62,973 bases of DNA, filler included, from Lenisia limosa (GCA_001655205.1; 17 parts of 17 records of this genome joined end to end with filler, not necessarily neighbours in it); one strand, 5' to 3'. Counted from the first letter of the whole stretch, positions 11,833-24,419 are shown. A program made the numbers and translations. Notes: generated from the sequence alone by a model not told the origin.

Positions 11833-14800
11833 CCGCTCTACCCCCCCCCCCCCCCCNNNNNNNNNNNNNNNNNNNNNNNNNNNNNNNNNNNNNNNNNNNN
11901 NNNNNNNNNNNNNNNNNNNNNNNNNNNNNNNNNNNNGAAGGCTCGAGAGAACACGAAGACCCTCTGTTTTCAGAGAAAGCCAGGATTGGATGGATTTGGA
12001 TATTTTCTTCCCTTGGGGCAAATTCCCGATTTCTCTCTGTTCAATGCATCTTTTTCTCTATTCTCTTTTCAAATGATTGTATCTAACAATCAATTCTGAC
12101 AACAAAGGACAGAGATCAGACAATTGTGGAATATGTTTTTTTAAAAAATATTTTGTTTATTAAATAAAAACGTGTGCAAGACTCGAACCCAAAAAGTTTG
12201 ATGCAACCAGGACTACATTCAGCCCGTATCTCTCTGAAAAAGATACAACGGACTCTACCGTGTGTGTGTAAACTGCACTTTGACCTTTTGAGGGAAAGCT
12301 TTGATGAACTGACAGTTAAGTTGTTGTCTGGATATCTGAAGCATTGCGCGTCATATTGAACATGATTTACGTTTGCCTCTTTATTGAGTCATTATCAATA
12401 CAATATTGATTAACATTCATAAATCGCTCTTAGGAAGGCCTATTCTTCTATTATTCATCTGCTATCCGAGACAACTTTCCCAGATGAAACCCTGTTTTAA
12501 GGTGGTGGTTTTATGTTGGGTATCGCATTAGATACGCTTTACTTCCATTATTCATTCCCAGAAATCGACAGATGAGCCAGTTTAATGGTAAATAATACAT
12601 GTATCAACTTTGCAAGAGTTTACCTGGTCGGGGTTGAAGAGCATCAAAATCAAGGATCGCTAAAGGCTTGGAACATGATGATAACGTAAATCCGCAAATA
12701 CTTGACGGGAGAGTACAAATACTGTAAAATACCGTTCAGAGACTTACAGGGGAGGAGAGAGGCTTGGGTAACCGTTGAGAAAAGAAGGAAAAAAAAAAAA
12801 CCACAAGTCGCTTCTGAACACTCGCAGATTCTCTATTCTATGGCTCTACTGGCTAATCACCAGATCAAATCTTGAGTTGTTCAGAGAGCATTTAAGGTTG
12901 GCGCCAATTCCTTTTACTCAGAGAATTCTCGATTTTGTTCCTCTTTTTCTAGTTTTTCATGATGATTAGTTAATAGAAGCATATTTAAGAGCATGAGAGG
13001 TATTCAGGAAGTGATTAGTGTTTTCGTTTTCTTTTTCCGTAATATTTAAATTTGTATACATTTTGAAAATATCCTCGTATATCACCTTAATGTCTCTTCT
13101 TTTTGAGCGTTCTTGGTTGAAATCCCCTGCTCTCATCCTGATTATTCAGAATATTTCTTTTTTGTATTGACTGGAGCTTTTCAAGGATCCTTCAAAGGCA
13201 TTCTAAAAGCTGCTCCTTTACTCTTCTCTTCATTATTGTTTTCTGTAGTTGAAAATACAAAGACAATAAGGCTATTTTTGGGATCACTCTTTTCTTTAAT
13301 GGGATTGTTACCCTCAGTTGTTCGTTCTCCTTTATATAATGTATTATGTGCTTTACCAACATAATATAAGCAATTATTTCAGGAGTTCACTTGCTCTCAA
13401 CTTCCTCCTCAATTGATCGATCACATTGAAGACCTTTGGGGAGCATCATGAATGGAGTTTTAGAATGAAGTCCAACTTGTTCTACAGGGCGATTCCCATT
13501 GTATTGGTCGCAACTTCAATATCAACCTTCTCAAGTAATTGTTTTTTTCTGTAGTCGGGCATGCTGCGAACAATGGAAGATGTGAACTCGAAAATGGACC
13601 TTCTTGACTTGATGACTGCTATGCTGAATGTTTTGCAGTCTTTGATCATATTCCTAGGTGTTCTACTGGAGGTGGTGCTTCTTTCCTTATGGGAGATGAT
13701 GTTGTTGCATAATACAATGCCCTTGGCTGCTGACTACAAAAAAAAGGTGGGAAGGGGGAGGTTTTTTACAACAAAAAAACAACAGATATAAACCAACAAT
13801 CAAAGACAGTATTCCTCTTGGAAGGTGATAGATCCATATAGTATATGTAAATCTAGATCTATAAAACTGGTTCTCCCAAATTATCTATAATAAACTGTTG
13901 TGTGATAGTGATGTGCTGAAAATAATTAAGTTGAATTCTATCAACCAGGGTTTCGTGTGTAAACTATCTTAAAACCTTGAAATTAAAAAAGTAACCAGTA
14001 ATGATTAAGATGCGACAGGATGTGGAGGATAATGATGAAAAAAGAGAAAAATTAGATCGATGACATTTATGTTCAAACACTTTTCATACCTTCTTGAGTT
14101 CTTGAATTCTGCTGGCAGAATTAGATATTTTGCGTTGTTCAGACAGAGGCGAAAATTGCAGCCTTTCGGCTGCACAGATAGACAGAAAGAAATGTTCATA
14201 AACCCCAATTTATAAATTTACACAAAAAAAGGTCAATCAGCTTTGATTCTGAGTTATTGCCGTTGTTTTCCGATATTCTGCCACCTGACTGAGAGAAAGA
14301 GCTTTTAAAGGGGTCTCAATTCTGGTATTTTACTTCTGGAAATTTCAAATTACCCTCGGATAGTTATAGTTACATCCAAGGACGTGGTCAACCACTTGAC
14401 TGCTTCATCAAACAAGAAGGTCACAATCTTAACGCGATGAGAATGAAAGAAAACCGCAGCCTCCTTCGCAGTGTACTTTAACTGTCATACCATGGCCTTT
14501 TCGTGTTCTGGATATATTTAGAGCTCACCCTAAGTTCTAGACGAGGAAGAAGCACATTATGCGGCCTTTCAAAATTCTGTTTTTTTGCTAATTCTGTTTT
14601 TTTTACAATGTTTTGAATTATAGTATTTATTTTTTGCTATCCAGTACATCTCCTTAGAATTCCTATGAGTCAACAAATAAGCTTCAACGGGATTCAAAGT
14701 TAAAAATTTGGGCTTCTTAGTGAGCTCTATGTATCACAAATATTTTTGACTAGAATTTGAACCGACTTTAGAAATGAATAGAAAACAAATCACCCCGAAA

Positions 14801-15476
14801 ATGAAGGGTAAACTAAGTCAAGATAATTTTACTTCTAATTTTGCGAAATAAACACAATATTTACCTATTGTAGACTTGTTTTTCTCAAATAGAGTGAATC
14901 TAGTAATATTAAAAGTTGGATCAGAAAGAACTTTTTAATATGATGGAAACTGAAACAAGGAAATTGGAAATCTCATATTTTTTCAAAACGATAATACATC
15001 ATATTTTATGATAATAATATAATAATCTTTTACATTACAAAGGGGGCAGGGGAGGTAAAAAGGGAGGGGGAAAGGAAACTTTGGTAAGGGGGCGATTGAT
15101 TTTTTTTTTTCGGATAAAAATAGGTGAATATTTTATTAACGTGAGCGATTGATAAGAGTTAGTGGCGGTGTTGGCGGCGATGTTTTCCTTGGTATTCATG
15201 ATGATTAAGGAGGAAATAGGTGGAGACCTGGGAGATGAAAATACTCAAACCTTTTACTGGAGGAACACCTTTATTTTCATAAATTATTATCTACCTCCTA
15301 GTGAAATTGTTAATTATCAATCGCTCACAGTAAAAAACTATTTTCAACTAAAAATTAAAAATCAATCGCACCCTAACAACACTTCATCAGAATGTCAAAA
15401 ATATGATACAAATTACGCCAAATTATGAAAACGGTGATATAACTTCTATCATACAAATATCATATATAATATATAT

Positions 15477-15528
15477 AGGTGAGTGCACACGACCGCGACC
15501 TGTAACATAACCGCGACCGCTTTTCTGA
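15477..15528 (+). mobile_element. Probable transposon terminus (TIR-like) cut by scaffold end
   Basis: Follows a TA run and has two ACCGCGACC direct repeats 20 nt apart. Similar architecture at ~59699-59760 (two ACCGCGAAC). Confidence 0.4.
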
Positions 15529-16414
15529 NNNNNNNNNNNNNNNNNNNNNNNNNNNNNNNNNNNNNNNNNNNNTTAATTAATTAANNNNNNNNNNNNNNNN
15601 NNNNNNNNNNNNNNNNNNNNNNNNNNNNCCCAAAGGGTTTATGAACTCTGCATCTGTTGGAGCATTGAGAGAGGTGTTTTACGACACACTGGCAATGTGT
15701 AAACGTATGTTTATTTGTTGTGACTAACATTTTCAAGAAAAGCCATCTGCTTCTGTTTATTCCACCAATTTGGATTGCCGTGGACCAGATTTCTGGAGTT
15801 ATGCGGAGTTTTCTTCAGCCATTGAGAGAATCCAGTGATTCAGGGTATGGCTACGGAATAGTTTTACTAGACAGGCTGGTAACCAAGCGTCTCCAAATGT
15901 CCCCATTGCCTCTCTGCCAACACGACAGTGTTAGCGAAGAATGTGAATCTGTGCGAGCCCGTTGATGTATGCCTTGGTTAGTTGTTTGTGATCACAAGAT
16001 CTTCCGTTTGAAGAAACTCAAGCACATCCCTTCAGTGCTTAATTTGCTGTTGTCATTCACCCATGGATTCCTAGGTTTTCTTTTTTGTTTTTGTCATTGC
16101 TGATTGGACTAACAAAGACCTGGTAAAGGTTTCAATTAGTAGTTCAACTTATATTGAATGTAATAGTGCGATTAAAAATGAAATATGATAAAAACTACAG
16201 AACAAAACTCAGAGTGTAAATACATGGCACCTGCGGCCGAACCATCTTAAGGATCACTGAAGCCACTTCAGCTTCCAGCTCTTTCTTCTTTCAATACAGT
16301 TTTTAAAGTTAACTCCGTCAAAAAAGAAGCATTTTGGCGGTAACGTGCTCAGTTAGTGTTGGTACCCCCAGACTCCATTATATGATATGGCAAGATTATA
16401 CACCCGCCCCCCTA

Positions 16415-16510
16415 GGGCTTCACTTCGGTTTGAAAAAAAGACTGTATTTCTCGATAAATCTTAAAAACTATCAATATTTAACCGAGTTTTTTCGAACCGA
16501 AGTGAAGCCC
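16415..16510. mobile_element. MITE family A (~95 bp, TIR GGGCTTCACTTCGGTT, TA target); first of ~15 copies
   Basis: Copies or variants near 16415, 18418, 20365, 20456, 20581, 21150, 22545, 23650, 27112, 35800, 36178, 43637, 45111, 60448-60542 (TA on both sides) and 62693. A subfamily has TIR GGGCTTCCCTACGGTCC. Confidence 0.9.
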
Positions 16511-16552
16511 TCCTCCCCAACACTATATGATCAAGGTCATACACCCCCATAC

Positions 16553-17786
16553 TCCAACACGAGTGGTCAGCAGCATGACGTCAATGGAGGGGTCGTTATT
16601 AAACTCGCGAACCATAGTCTGACGCGAACCGGCCGGAGTACTGCCTGAGACGGGTAAGGGATATTGTATGATTGTCTGGGGGTATATAATGGGACATTGT
16701 ACGGGACACTATATAAAGGGGTATATAATGGGGGTACTATATAAAGGGGTATATAATGGGGGTACTATATAAAGGGGGTATTGGGGTATAAGATTGTTTG
16801 GGGGGGAGTAAAATTGGAAAATGTATATCACAAAACCCCAAATCAACTCTGTTGGCTGATAACACACGAGGGTTGATAACAACAAAACAAACGAAGCTCA
16901 GGCCAGTCGCTTCTGCAGAACCGCATCCCATTCCAACAAATAAAGCCCAGACCTGTCGTATAATGAGTGTGCTTGGCAGTATTAGACCCTCATCCCCCAC
17001 ACACAACCATACAATAATACTAGATTAAACATGCTTTTGTTTTGTTTGAGTGAAAGATCGCTGGGATTCCTCTGATACTAGTATCAAGTCCGCTCGCGAG
17101 TGACGAGATTAGATTCACCCCATAAACACTCTATATATTTTTTCCCATCCATCAATAGCATCCCCCCCCCCCNNNNNNNNNNNNNNNNNNNNNNNNNNNN
17201 NNNNNNNNNNNNNNNNNNNNNNNNNNNNNNNNNNNNNNNNNNNNNNNNNNNNNNNNNNNNNNNNNNTTTCAATGAGGTCCATCATGGACTGATTGTAGTT
17301 AAAAAGGGACAGAAAAGTTGAATAAAGATGTCTGTCAACAAAGTGACAGAAAAGTTTAATGAAGATTTTAGTCCCACTCGTTAACCTAACTCAACCTAAC
17401 TCCCCCATTACCTCTTCCACGTTAACTTGCCAAATTATATGTAATACATATCATATGTATACGTACATATATGTCAATACTTGATAAGTTTGCATGCACC
17501 CCCCCACGTTAACTTGATGCATGCACCCCCCACGTTAACTTGACAGAAGATTAGAACACGGTGCGGGGTTAGCGACGGGATAATTGACGAAGACTCATCC
17601 TAAATACGGTGAAAATAGGACCTTTGAAGCTATAAAGGGGGTGGTAATAGGAAGATAGTTTGCCCCCCCCCCCCTTTATACCTTGCCTATGCCGGCGTCT
17701 CTCAGAATGTCCCTCAGGGCTATGAGCTTGGCAGAGGCCTCGAGGCCACTCACGGCCACGCCGTGTTGCTGGGCTAGGTCTTGGAG
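16553..17786 (-). CDS. BTAF1: TBP-associated SNF2 ATPase BTAF1/Mot1, helicase C-terminal exons (partial)
   Basis: Exons 17786-17682, 17599-17534, 17288-gap, 16644-16553 give SAKLIALRDILRDAGIGK|...PHRVLIFCQVN|SMMDLIE...|MVREFNNDPSIDVMLLTTRVG, the Mot1 signature motifs. Confidence 0.9.
16800..16935 (-). repeat. Intronic repeat family B (~130 bp, no TIR); first of about 14 copies
   Basis: Consensus GGGATGCGGTGCTGCAGAAGCGACTGGCCTGGGCTTTG..AACCCTCGTGTGTTGTCAGCCAACAGAGTTGATTTTGGGC..CATAAATTTTCCAATTTTACTCCCCCC(AG). Copies near 16800, 17787, 20765, 20970, 23150, 24240, 24520, 24995, 26320, 37012, 40945 (x2), 43419 (x2), 45323. Confidence 0.9.
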
Positions 17787-18229
17787 CTGCGAGAGAGTAA
17801 AAATAGGACATTTATGAAACAAAAAAAGCCCAAAATCAACTCTTTTGGCAAGCAACACAAGAGGGTTGAAAACAGCAAANNNNNNNNNNNNNNNNNNNNN
17901 NNNNNNNNNNNNNNNNNNNNNNNTTAATTAATTAANNNNNNNNNNNNNNNNNNNNNNNNNNNNNNNNNNNNNNNNNNNNATGGCTAGGTTCAGGATGGTA
18001 ATACGTAATATGTGGAGGGGGGTCCTGTCTTGGAGCAATTTCTGTCGACAAATAATCAAGCTGACATGGGTATTGACTTTTTCATGAGTTTTCTTGCATG
18101 TATACAGAGCAAATGATTGGGTGATTTAGTACTATTTTAAAATCCAATACCTCTTATAAGCGTGATGGTGTGGACTGCTTCGGCCACTACCTGTTTTTCT
18201 TTATCATCTCTATGTATTTACCGCTGTAG

Positions 18230-18664
18230 GGATCTCGTTCCTCTGGCTACCGAAAACCACTTCAACCAAGCCATGGAGAAGACGAAGGACATGTCTCTGA
18301 TGGAGCTGGAAGAGCTTGAGAAACTGGCTGGAAATGGTAGGTTGATGCCTTACTTTTTTGCTTCGTAAGTTTTCCATTTATGCGTTTGTTTCACGTTGTT
18401 TTTAACCCTCGTGGGTAGGGCTTCACTTCGGTTCGAACAAGACAGGTAAAATATCGATAGTTTTCGAGGATTTTTGAGAAATTCAGTCGTTTTTTCGAAC
18501 CGAAGTGAAGCGCAAAAGTGGAAATTATTTCGTTTTACCGATTCAAAAAGAACCGTAGCAATTTTCACTCCCCAGAATCCGCAACCATCGAGAACGAACT
18601 GGAGGAACTTGTGAGGGAATCTGAGGATACCGTCCCACCCAATACTATGCCCACCATTGCCTAG
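18230..18664 (+). CDS. C-terminal exons of unknown protein
   Basis: DLVPLATENHFNQAMEKTKDMSLMELEELEKLAGN|ESATIENELEELVRESEDTVPPNTMPTIA*. The splice phases are compatible and the intron carries a MITE A. Confidence 0.55.
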
Positions 18665-20686
18665 AGCTAAGGACATTTTTGTCCGTTTTTTTCGTTGTTA
18701 CCCCACTGTGTCAAGACCTTCAGTGTTTTCTTTGATTTTTCTTTCGATGAATGGTACTGATTCATTCATTATCTTTCCTGTGCTTGAGAGGGCTGTTAGC
18801 AAACAAACAAATAATAAAAAAAGCCTTACCACAGCACTTCTGGATATGGGGCAACATTCGTCCCATTTTGACCAAGCAAAAATGTTTTTATTGATGAAAT
18901 CGAGCAACTCCTGCAATAATACTACTGGCTGTCATATGATTTGGTGAATTAATATTAATAATTCAAGCGTGTTGTGGACGGTTTTTTTTATTATCTCAGT
19001 TCTTTTTTTTTTGTTTTTTGTTTTTGACCCTTGTTTCTTTAATGAACAGAGGTGGATTTATTGATTGTTCAAAATTTTTATGCGCGCAGAAAGCGACTGG
19101 CCTGGGCTTTGTTTTCAAGCCTTCTAGCATACAATTATTTTGGCTAATAAATTGTGCAATCCTCCCCTACTAAACAGTGGGAACATCACACCTACAATTT
19201 CACACCGTTAAGTCATGTCCCAAGGTGGTCGCTTTGCTCCCATTGGGCCATTATTCACCAGTAAAAAATTTCGGTATGCTGTATATATGCCGTGCCCACT
19301 CTATACCATTCCCCGTTTGTAATGGCACAGAATATAAACATACATTAGCAGAACACAATAAAAAAGTAAAACATCGAATCGGATAAATACACAGACGGGT
19401 AAAATCGTAAACCAAGAGTGTTCATGGGGGCGATAGGGCGCCTCTACAGAGGTGATCGGGATGAAGATAGTTAAGAAAGGTGGGGGTATAGAGCGTTAAT
19501 TTCCGTTTATTTTGCTCGACTACTAAAAAGCGTTTGACATCGTTTTCAAAAGAATCTCAAGTGTTGTGAAACATTAGATTAGCATTATATAATATATAAT
19601 ATATCATATAAATTATATATAATATATGATGATATATATGTACAGTATATCGATATAGATGAGAATTAAAACAAAGTTGTCTGGCCGAAGCCGTCCACCC
19701 ATGAGATATTGGATTATAGTAGTATTATTACAACCAATCAAAAGTTATAATAGCAATGGTGAAAAATGTTCTGAATAAACAATCTGAATAATGCATCCAA
19801 TCTCGCGATTCGTTTACTGGAAGTCTTTCCTGAAAAATTCTTATCAGTAGTTTTGAAAAAATTGGGTAATTTTTTGTAAAAAGAATGTCCAAAAGGAAAG
19901 AAACCAAGCCTCACCACGAGCTGGAGTCATGGTGACATTCCGGATTAGGCAGTTCCGGATTAGGCAAGTCAGCCAGTTGCGCGTACGGCGCGGCTTGTAT
20001 TAGGGCTGGCGGCTGCCAATCCCGGGCCGGACCCTCTGGAGATCTTTCGTGATCGTCTTGGGGGTGCAGTGTGGGAGAGTTTGAGAGCGAGCGAAGATGT
20101 TGGGGGCTGTTTTGCGTGGCGTGTGTCGCGCCATAGTTTACCGGTGAGGATNNNNNNNNNNNNNNNNNNNNNNNNNNNNNNNNNNNNNNNNNNNNTTAAT
20201 TAATTAANNNNNNNNNNNNNNNNNNNNNNNNNNNNNNNNNNNNNNNNNNNNCAGCACCGCATCCCATTAGTGCGTAAGAAATAGGGGGGTATACAAGCTA
20301 GAATATTGTCTCTTCTAATGGAATGATAGGGGCGTTGGCAATGCCCCTCAGGTATTATGATCAAGGCTTCCTTCCGGTAAGGTGAACTATCGACAATTAT
20401 CGAGGTTTTCAAGTCAGTCCTTTTTGAACCACATGGAAGCCAAGTCCTGATAACTGGCTTCACTTCGGTTCACTGAATTTCTCGATAAATCTTCGAAAAC
20501 TATTGACATTTTCCTGCATAGTAAACCCTTCTGATAACCCCCAATCCACATTCCTTGAGCCTACTTTCAAGACCCCCAAATAGGGTTCCCTACGGTCCGA
20601 AAAAGACCAGTAAAATATCGCTATTTAACGATCAGGCCTTTTTGGAACCATAGGGCCTACCGCCAATCCACAGTCCTTGAGCCTAC

Positions 20687-21412
20687 TTTTGAGATGGCAT
20701 CGAAGTCGTAGACGGCGTTGGTAAAAGACTCGACATCCATGTTGTCCGCCGCGTCACAGAGGGCCTGGGGGGGAGTAAAATGGGAAAATTTATGAAACAA
20801 AAAAACCCAAATCAGCTCTGTTGGCTGACAACACACAAGGGTTGATAACAACAAAACANNNNNNNNNNNNNNNNNNNNNNNNNNNNNNNNNNNNNNNNNN
20901 NNNNNNNNNNNNNNNNNNNNNNNNNNNNNNNNNNNNNNNNNNNNNNNNNNNNNNNNNNNNNNNNNNNNNATGGGCTGGGCTGAAAACAACAAAACAAGCA
21001 AAGACCAGCCAGTCATCGGGTGGGGGCAAATACTGCAGCATCACAACCACAGCATCAAAAACGCAGCATCAAACCAAAACTGCAGCATCAAAAACGAAAA
21101 CCTGAAACTCCAAACTAACACAGAACACCAAACAAATTATAAACTCTTGGGTTTCACTTCGGTATGAAAAAGACCGGTAAAATATAGATAGACAGACCGG
21201 TAAAATATAGATAGGATCTATCGAGAAATTCAGTCTTCTAACCGAAGTCAAGCCAAGAAAATGAACCCCCACCTCCAAAAGCTTGGCCTCGCGGGAGCCG
21301 ACAAAAGAAGGGTCCATGTTCTGATACGACTCCAGCCCGTTACGGGCACAGACGTAGTCCTTAGTGCAAAGTCTGCAGATGCCGGCCTTCAGAAAATAGT
21401 CCTTGGCACTGT
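20687..21412 (-). CDS. NAPA: Alpha-SNAP (Sec17), C-terminal exons (partial)
   Basis: Exons 21412-21273 and 20764-20687 give SAKDYFLKAGICRLC...YQNMDPSFVGSREAKLLE|ALCDAADNMDVESFTNAVYDFDAISK. Confidence 0.92.
21085..21150 (-). repeat. Intronic repeat family C (~120 bp); first of ~7 copies
   Basis: Consensus GTTGGTTGCTCGTGTTTGTTATTGCTTG..TTTGGAG..TTCGGTTCGTGATTAGTA..CCAATATTCTTCATTGAAATTTCC..TTTACTCCCC. Copies near 21085, 23355, 25310, 31571, 40803, 41168, 46016. Confidence 0.8.
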
Positions 21413-21549
21413 NNNNNNNNNNNNNNNNNNNNNNNNNNNNNNNNNNNNNNNNNNNNTTAATTAATTAANNNNNNNNNNNNNNNNNNNNNNNNNNNNNNNN
21501 NNNNNNNNNNNNCTCCCTCCCCCTCCAGTATCCAATTATACCCCCTTAC

Positions 21550-23089
21550 GGCAGTTAAAATCAGGGTGCCATCCAGACTCGACGAAAAAGGTCACAGATC
21601 CGGCCATTCTGGTGAAGGCGAAGGGCGCTTTAATCTCCACTAGGCTGACCTGATAATGTGACTCTTTGGCATGTATGCTGCATATTCACGCAGAAAGCTA
21701 TGTGCACAGTTGTAAGAAAAAGGATTGGGTGAAATAATATACTACATATATTATGTGAAACGAAGAAAATTCCGATTGAGAATCCAAGCCAAGACGCAAA
21801 CATACTGTTGGGTCAGGATCGAAAAAGTGGATGTAAGAGGCATTGCCGGCGGCCACGTAATTGACCGAGCCCGTTAGCACCGTGATCTCCAAGCTGGGTG
21901 GTGAAGAAATAACGACTGGATGGTGAAGATACAAGATTTCCAAAACTGGATGAATGAATATGTAAAATGCTGGATAATGATGCAAAATTGTGTGTTTTAA
22001 AAGGGTCTTCTCCATCCAGTTTGGCGAAAATATGCATAGTATATTATATAATAGTATATCATATAGTACGTATAAATTTGCATCTTCATAATCCATGATA
22101 TGCTGTGGACGGCTTCGCCCAGATACTATCATCAATATCCCTTCTAAATCCATAAAACATGGTGTGAATTTATAAATCCCATCAATATGGTTTTTGAATA
22201 GCTTTGACCTAATATAATATATAATATTTAATACTGGGATCTTGGTGTAATTCCCGCCTACTCTTCGGGTGTTGTGGAGAAGCCTTCGCCAATACATCTA
22301 AACAGTTGTCAGCTGTTGCAAAAGTATTTTGTCAGATATGGAAGGAGAAATGAAAATGAGAAATACATACTCCATTTACTCAATCACCGCCCCCCCCCCC
22401 CANNNNNNNNNNNNNNNNNNNNNNNNNNNNNNNNNNNNNNNNNNNNNNNNNNNNNNNNNNNNNNNNNNNNNNAATTATATCGATATAATTCCAGGTTTTT
22501 TTTCGAGAAATTCTCCTCTGAACTAACTCCTCGGCTTGCTCAGCTGTGAACCTCAGGTCGGTTCAGAGTGAGAAATTCAGTCTTTTTTGAACTGAAGTGA
22601 AGCTCTGATTGCAATCCTACTTATTCTTGTAGGTGAAGCCTCCCGTGTAGTTCACAAAATGGTAGTGATGATCCGCTGCATTTAAACACTGAAAGTATGA
22701 GTATATTGAGAATAAAAAGAAAATATCCAGAATAAAGGATCGTAAGCATTGGAATGGGGGAATGAGTGAATAATATGTAATAAAATAATGCTTTGCATCT
22801 GTTGACCCACATCTATTTAAAAGGATTAGTATGAATATAATTGAGTGAGTACCTTATCTATGTCGATATGTACATTTCCATACATGTACATCATATAGTA
22901 TACTACGATATAGTACATCTGCGAAACGAGAATTGTAACTATAAATACGGAGAATTGAAAAGGTGTGTTATGTATGCTAAATCTTATCCTCCCAGATCCC
23001 CTTCTCCCACCTCATTAGGAATATCCTCGCATTTTTGAACGGGTTTGTTGGTGGACCCAGGGCAGTCGAACAGAGTATCTTGTTGGAAG
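21550..23089 (-). CDS. Multi-exon fragment of unknown protein
   Basis: GT-AG-bounded open exons FQQDTLFDCPGSTNKPVQKCEDIPNE, CLNAADHHYHFVNYTGGFTYKN, LEITVLTGSVNYVAAGNASYIHFFDPDP and VSLVEIKAPFAFTRMAGSVTFFVESGWHPDFN. Phases were not fully reconciled. Confidence 0.45.
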
Positions 23090-23757
23090 CTGGAAGGTGA
23101 GGAAATATAACATAATATAATGTGATAAGAGGTCAGAAAAATAGATGATGGGGGTGGGGGAGTAAAAAAATCAACTCTGTTGGCTGACAACACACAAGGG
23201 TTGGTAAACAAACAAACAAAGCCNNNNNNNNNNNNNNNNNNNNNNNNNNNNNNNNNNNNNNNNNNNNTTAATTAATTAANNNNNNNNNNNNNNNNNNNNN
23301 NNNNNNNNNNNNNNNNNNNNNNNAGGTGTGGTAGGTAGGTGTTGATAGCCTGGTTGGTATAGTGATGCTCGTGTTTGTTATTGTTTGTTTGTTTGGAGTT
23401 TTGGATTATTCGGTTCGTGATTAGTACCTGTACACCAATATTCTTCATTGAAATTTCAATTTCCACTCCCCAGCTCACCTCTTACTGTCAGTCTTACTTT
23501 ACCCCCACCCCACTCCCAGTTGATTTTGAGATTTGCTCTATGTTCTTTTTTATCTTTGTTTTACTGAATGTTTTTTCGATAAATACATTTTTTTTGTCCT
23601 TTCAAAATGCTCTTTGACTTCCTCAGGAAAATCGGCCAAAAATTACCCCTAGGGCTTCCCTACAGTCCCAAAAAAGACAGATTTTCTCGATAACTCCTCG
23701 ATAAATATCGATATTTTGGCGGTCTTTTTTTGGACGATAGGGTTTTTCACTCCCCAG

Positions 23758-24419
23758 TGCCCAGCACAACTCCCTCCTGGCCTTCCGTGAAAACGCTGAG
23801 AAACAAGCTGCTGAAGACCGTGCTCTTTTAGTCAGGCAGTTTACTAGTCTTCTGGAGGACTTCGATGCAAGGAGACAGGGTGATCTCGACCGTACATTGG
23901 GGGCGGTTGGTGGGGGCATTGTCTTGTAGTATACTATATGGTATGCTGGGGAGCACGCAGAAAGCTGTATGCACAGTTGTAAGGCAAATGATTGGGTGAA
24001 TTAATTTTATACTTTCATCCAATATCTCTTATAAGCGATGGTGTGGACGACTTCGACCGGATACATCCTTATTTTATTTCTCATCGCTCTACATACAGAC
24101 CAGGATAAGTCGTGACCGATTTTTCTATTGGATTTCCCAAGGAAAATAGATCAACACTTATCCTGGTCACTGTATATTACAATAGTAGCTACATTACGTT
24201 CAGAGATTCTAATAAATTACATGGTATTAATACCCCCTTGTGATGGGATGCGGTGCTGCACTGGGCTTTGTTTGTTTGGCTGTTAAACCTCGTGTGTTGT
24301 CAGCCAATAGAGTTGATTTTGGGCTTTTTTGTTTCATAAATGTTCCAATTTTACTCCCTCCCCCCCCCACCCAGACCATCAGCACGCTCTCTTCGGCTCA
24401 GCAGAGCAGTGCCGAAAGC
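23758..24419 (+). CDS. Coiled-coil protein fragment (two exons)
   Basis: AQHNSLLAFRENAEKQAAEDRALLVRQFTSLLEDFDARRQGDLDRTLGA|TISTLSSAQQSSAES, using donor 23906 and acceptor 24374. Confidence 0.5.
23950..24095 (+). repeat. Dispersed repeat family E (~150-170 bp, no TIR, both orientations); ~12 copies
   Basis: Consensus GCACGCAGAAAG..GTTGTAAGGCAAATGATTGGGTGAATT..TCCAATATCTCTTATAAGCGATGGTGTGGACGGCTTCGGCCAGATACAACCTTATTTTTTATTTCTCATTGCTATATA. Copies near 18100, 19660, 21680, 22080, 23950, 25950, 26445, 27630, 35470, 40600, 53080, 54970. Confidence 0.85.

Noticed and set aside
12160-13460. Possible transposase or THAP-like coding remnants
   Set aside because: Fragmented frames with no diagnostic motif I can name.
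15629-16120. Coding-like fragment with a CPHC motif
   Set aside because: Stops in all frames, no recognisable family, and it is not the expected continuation of BTAF1.
17543-17554. U6 snRNA-like ACAGAAGATTAG
   Set aside because: It is the antisense of the BTAF1 VLIFC codons, with no flanking U6 similarity.
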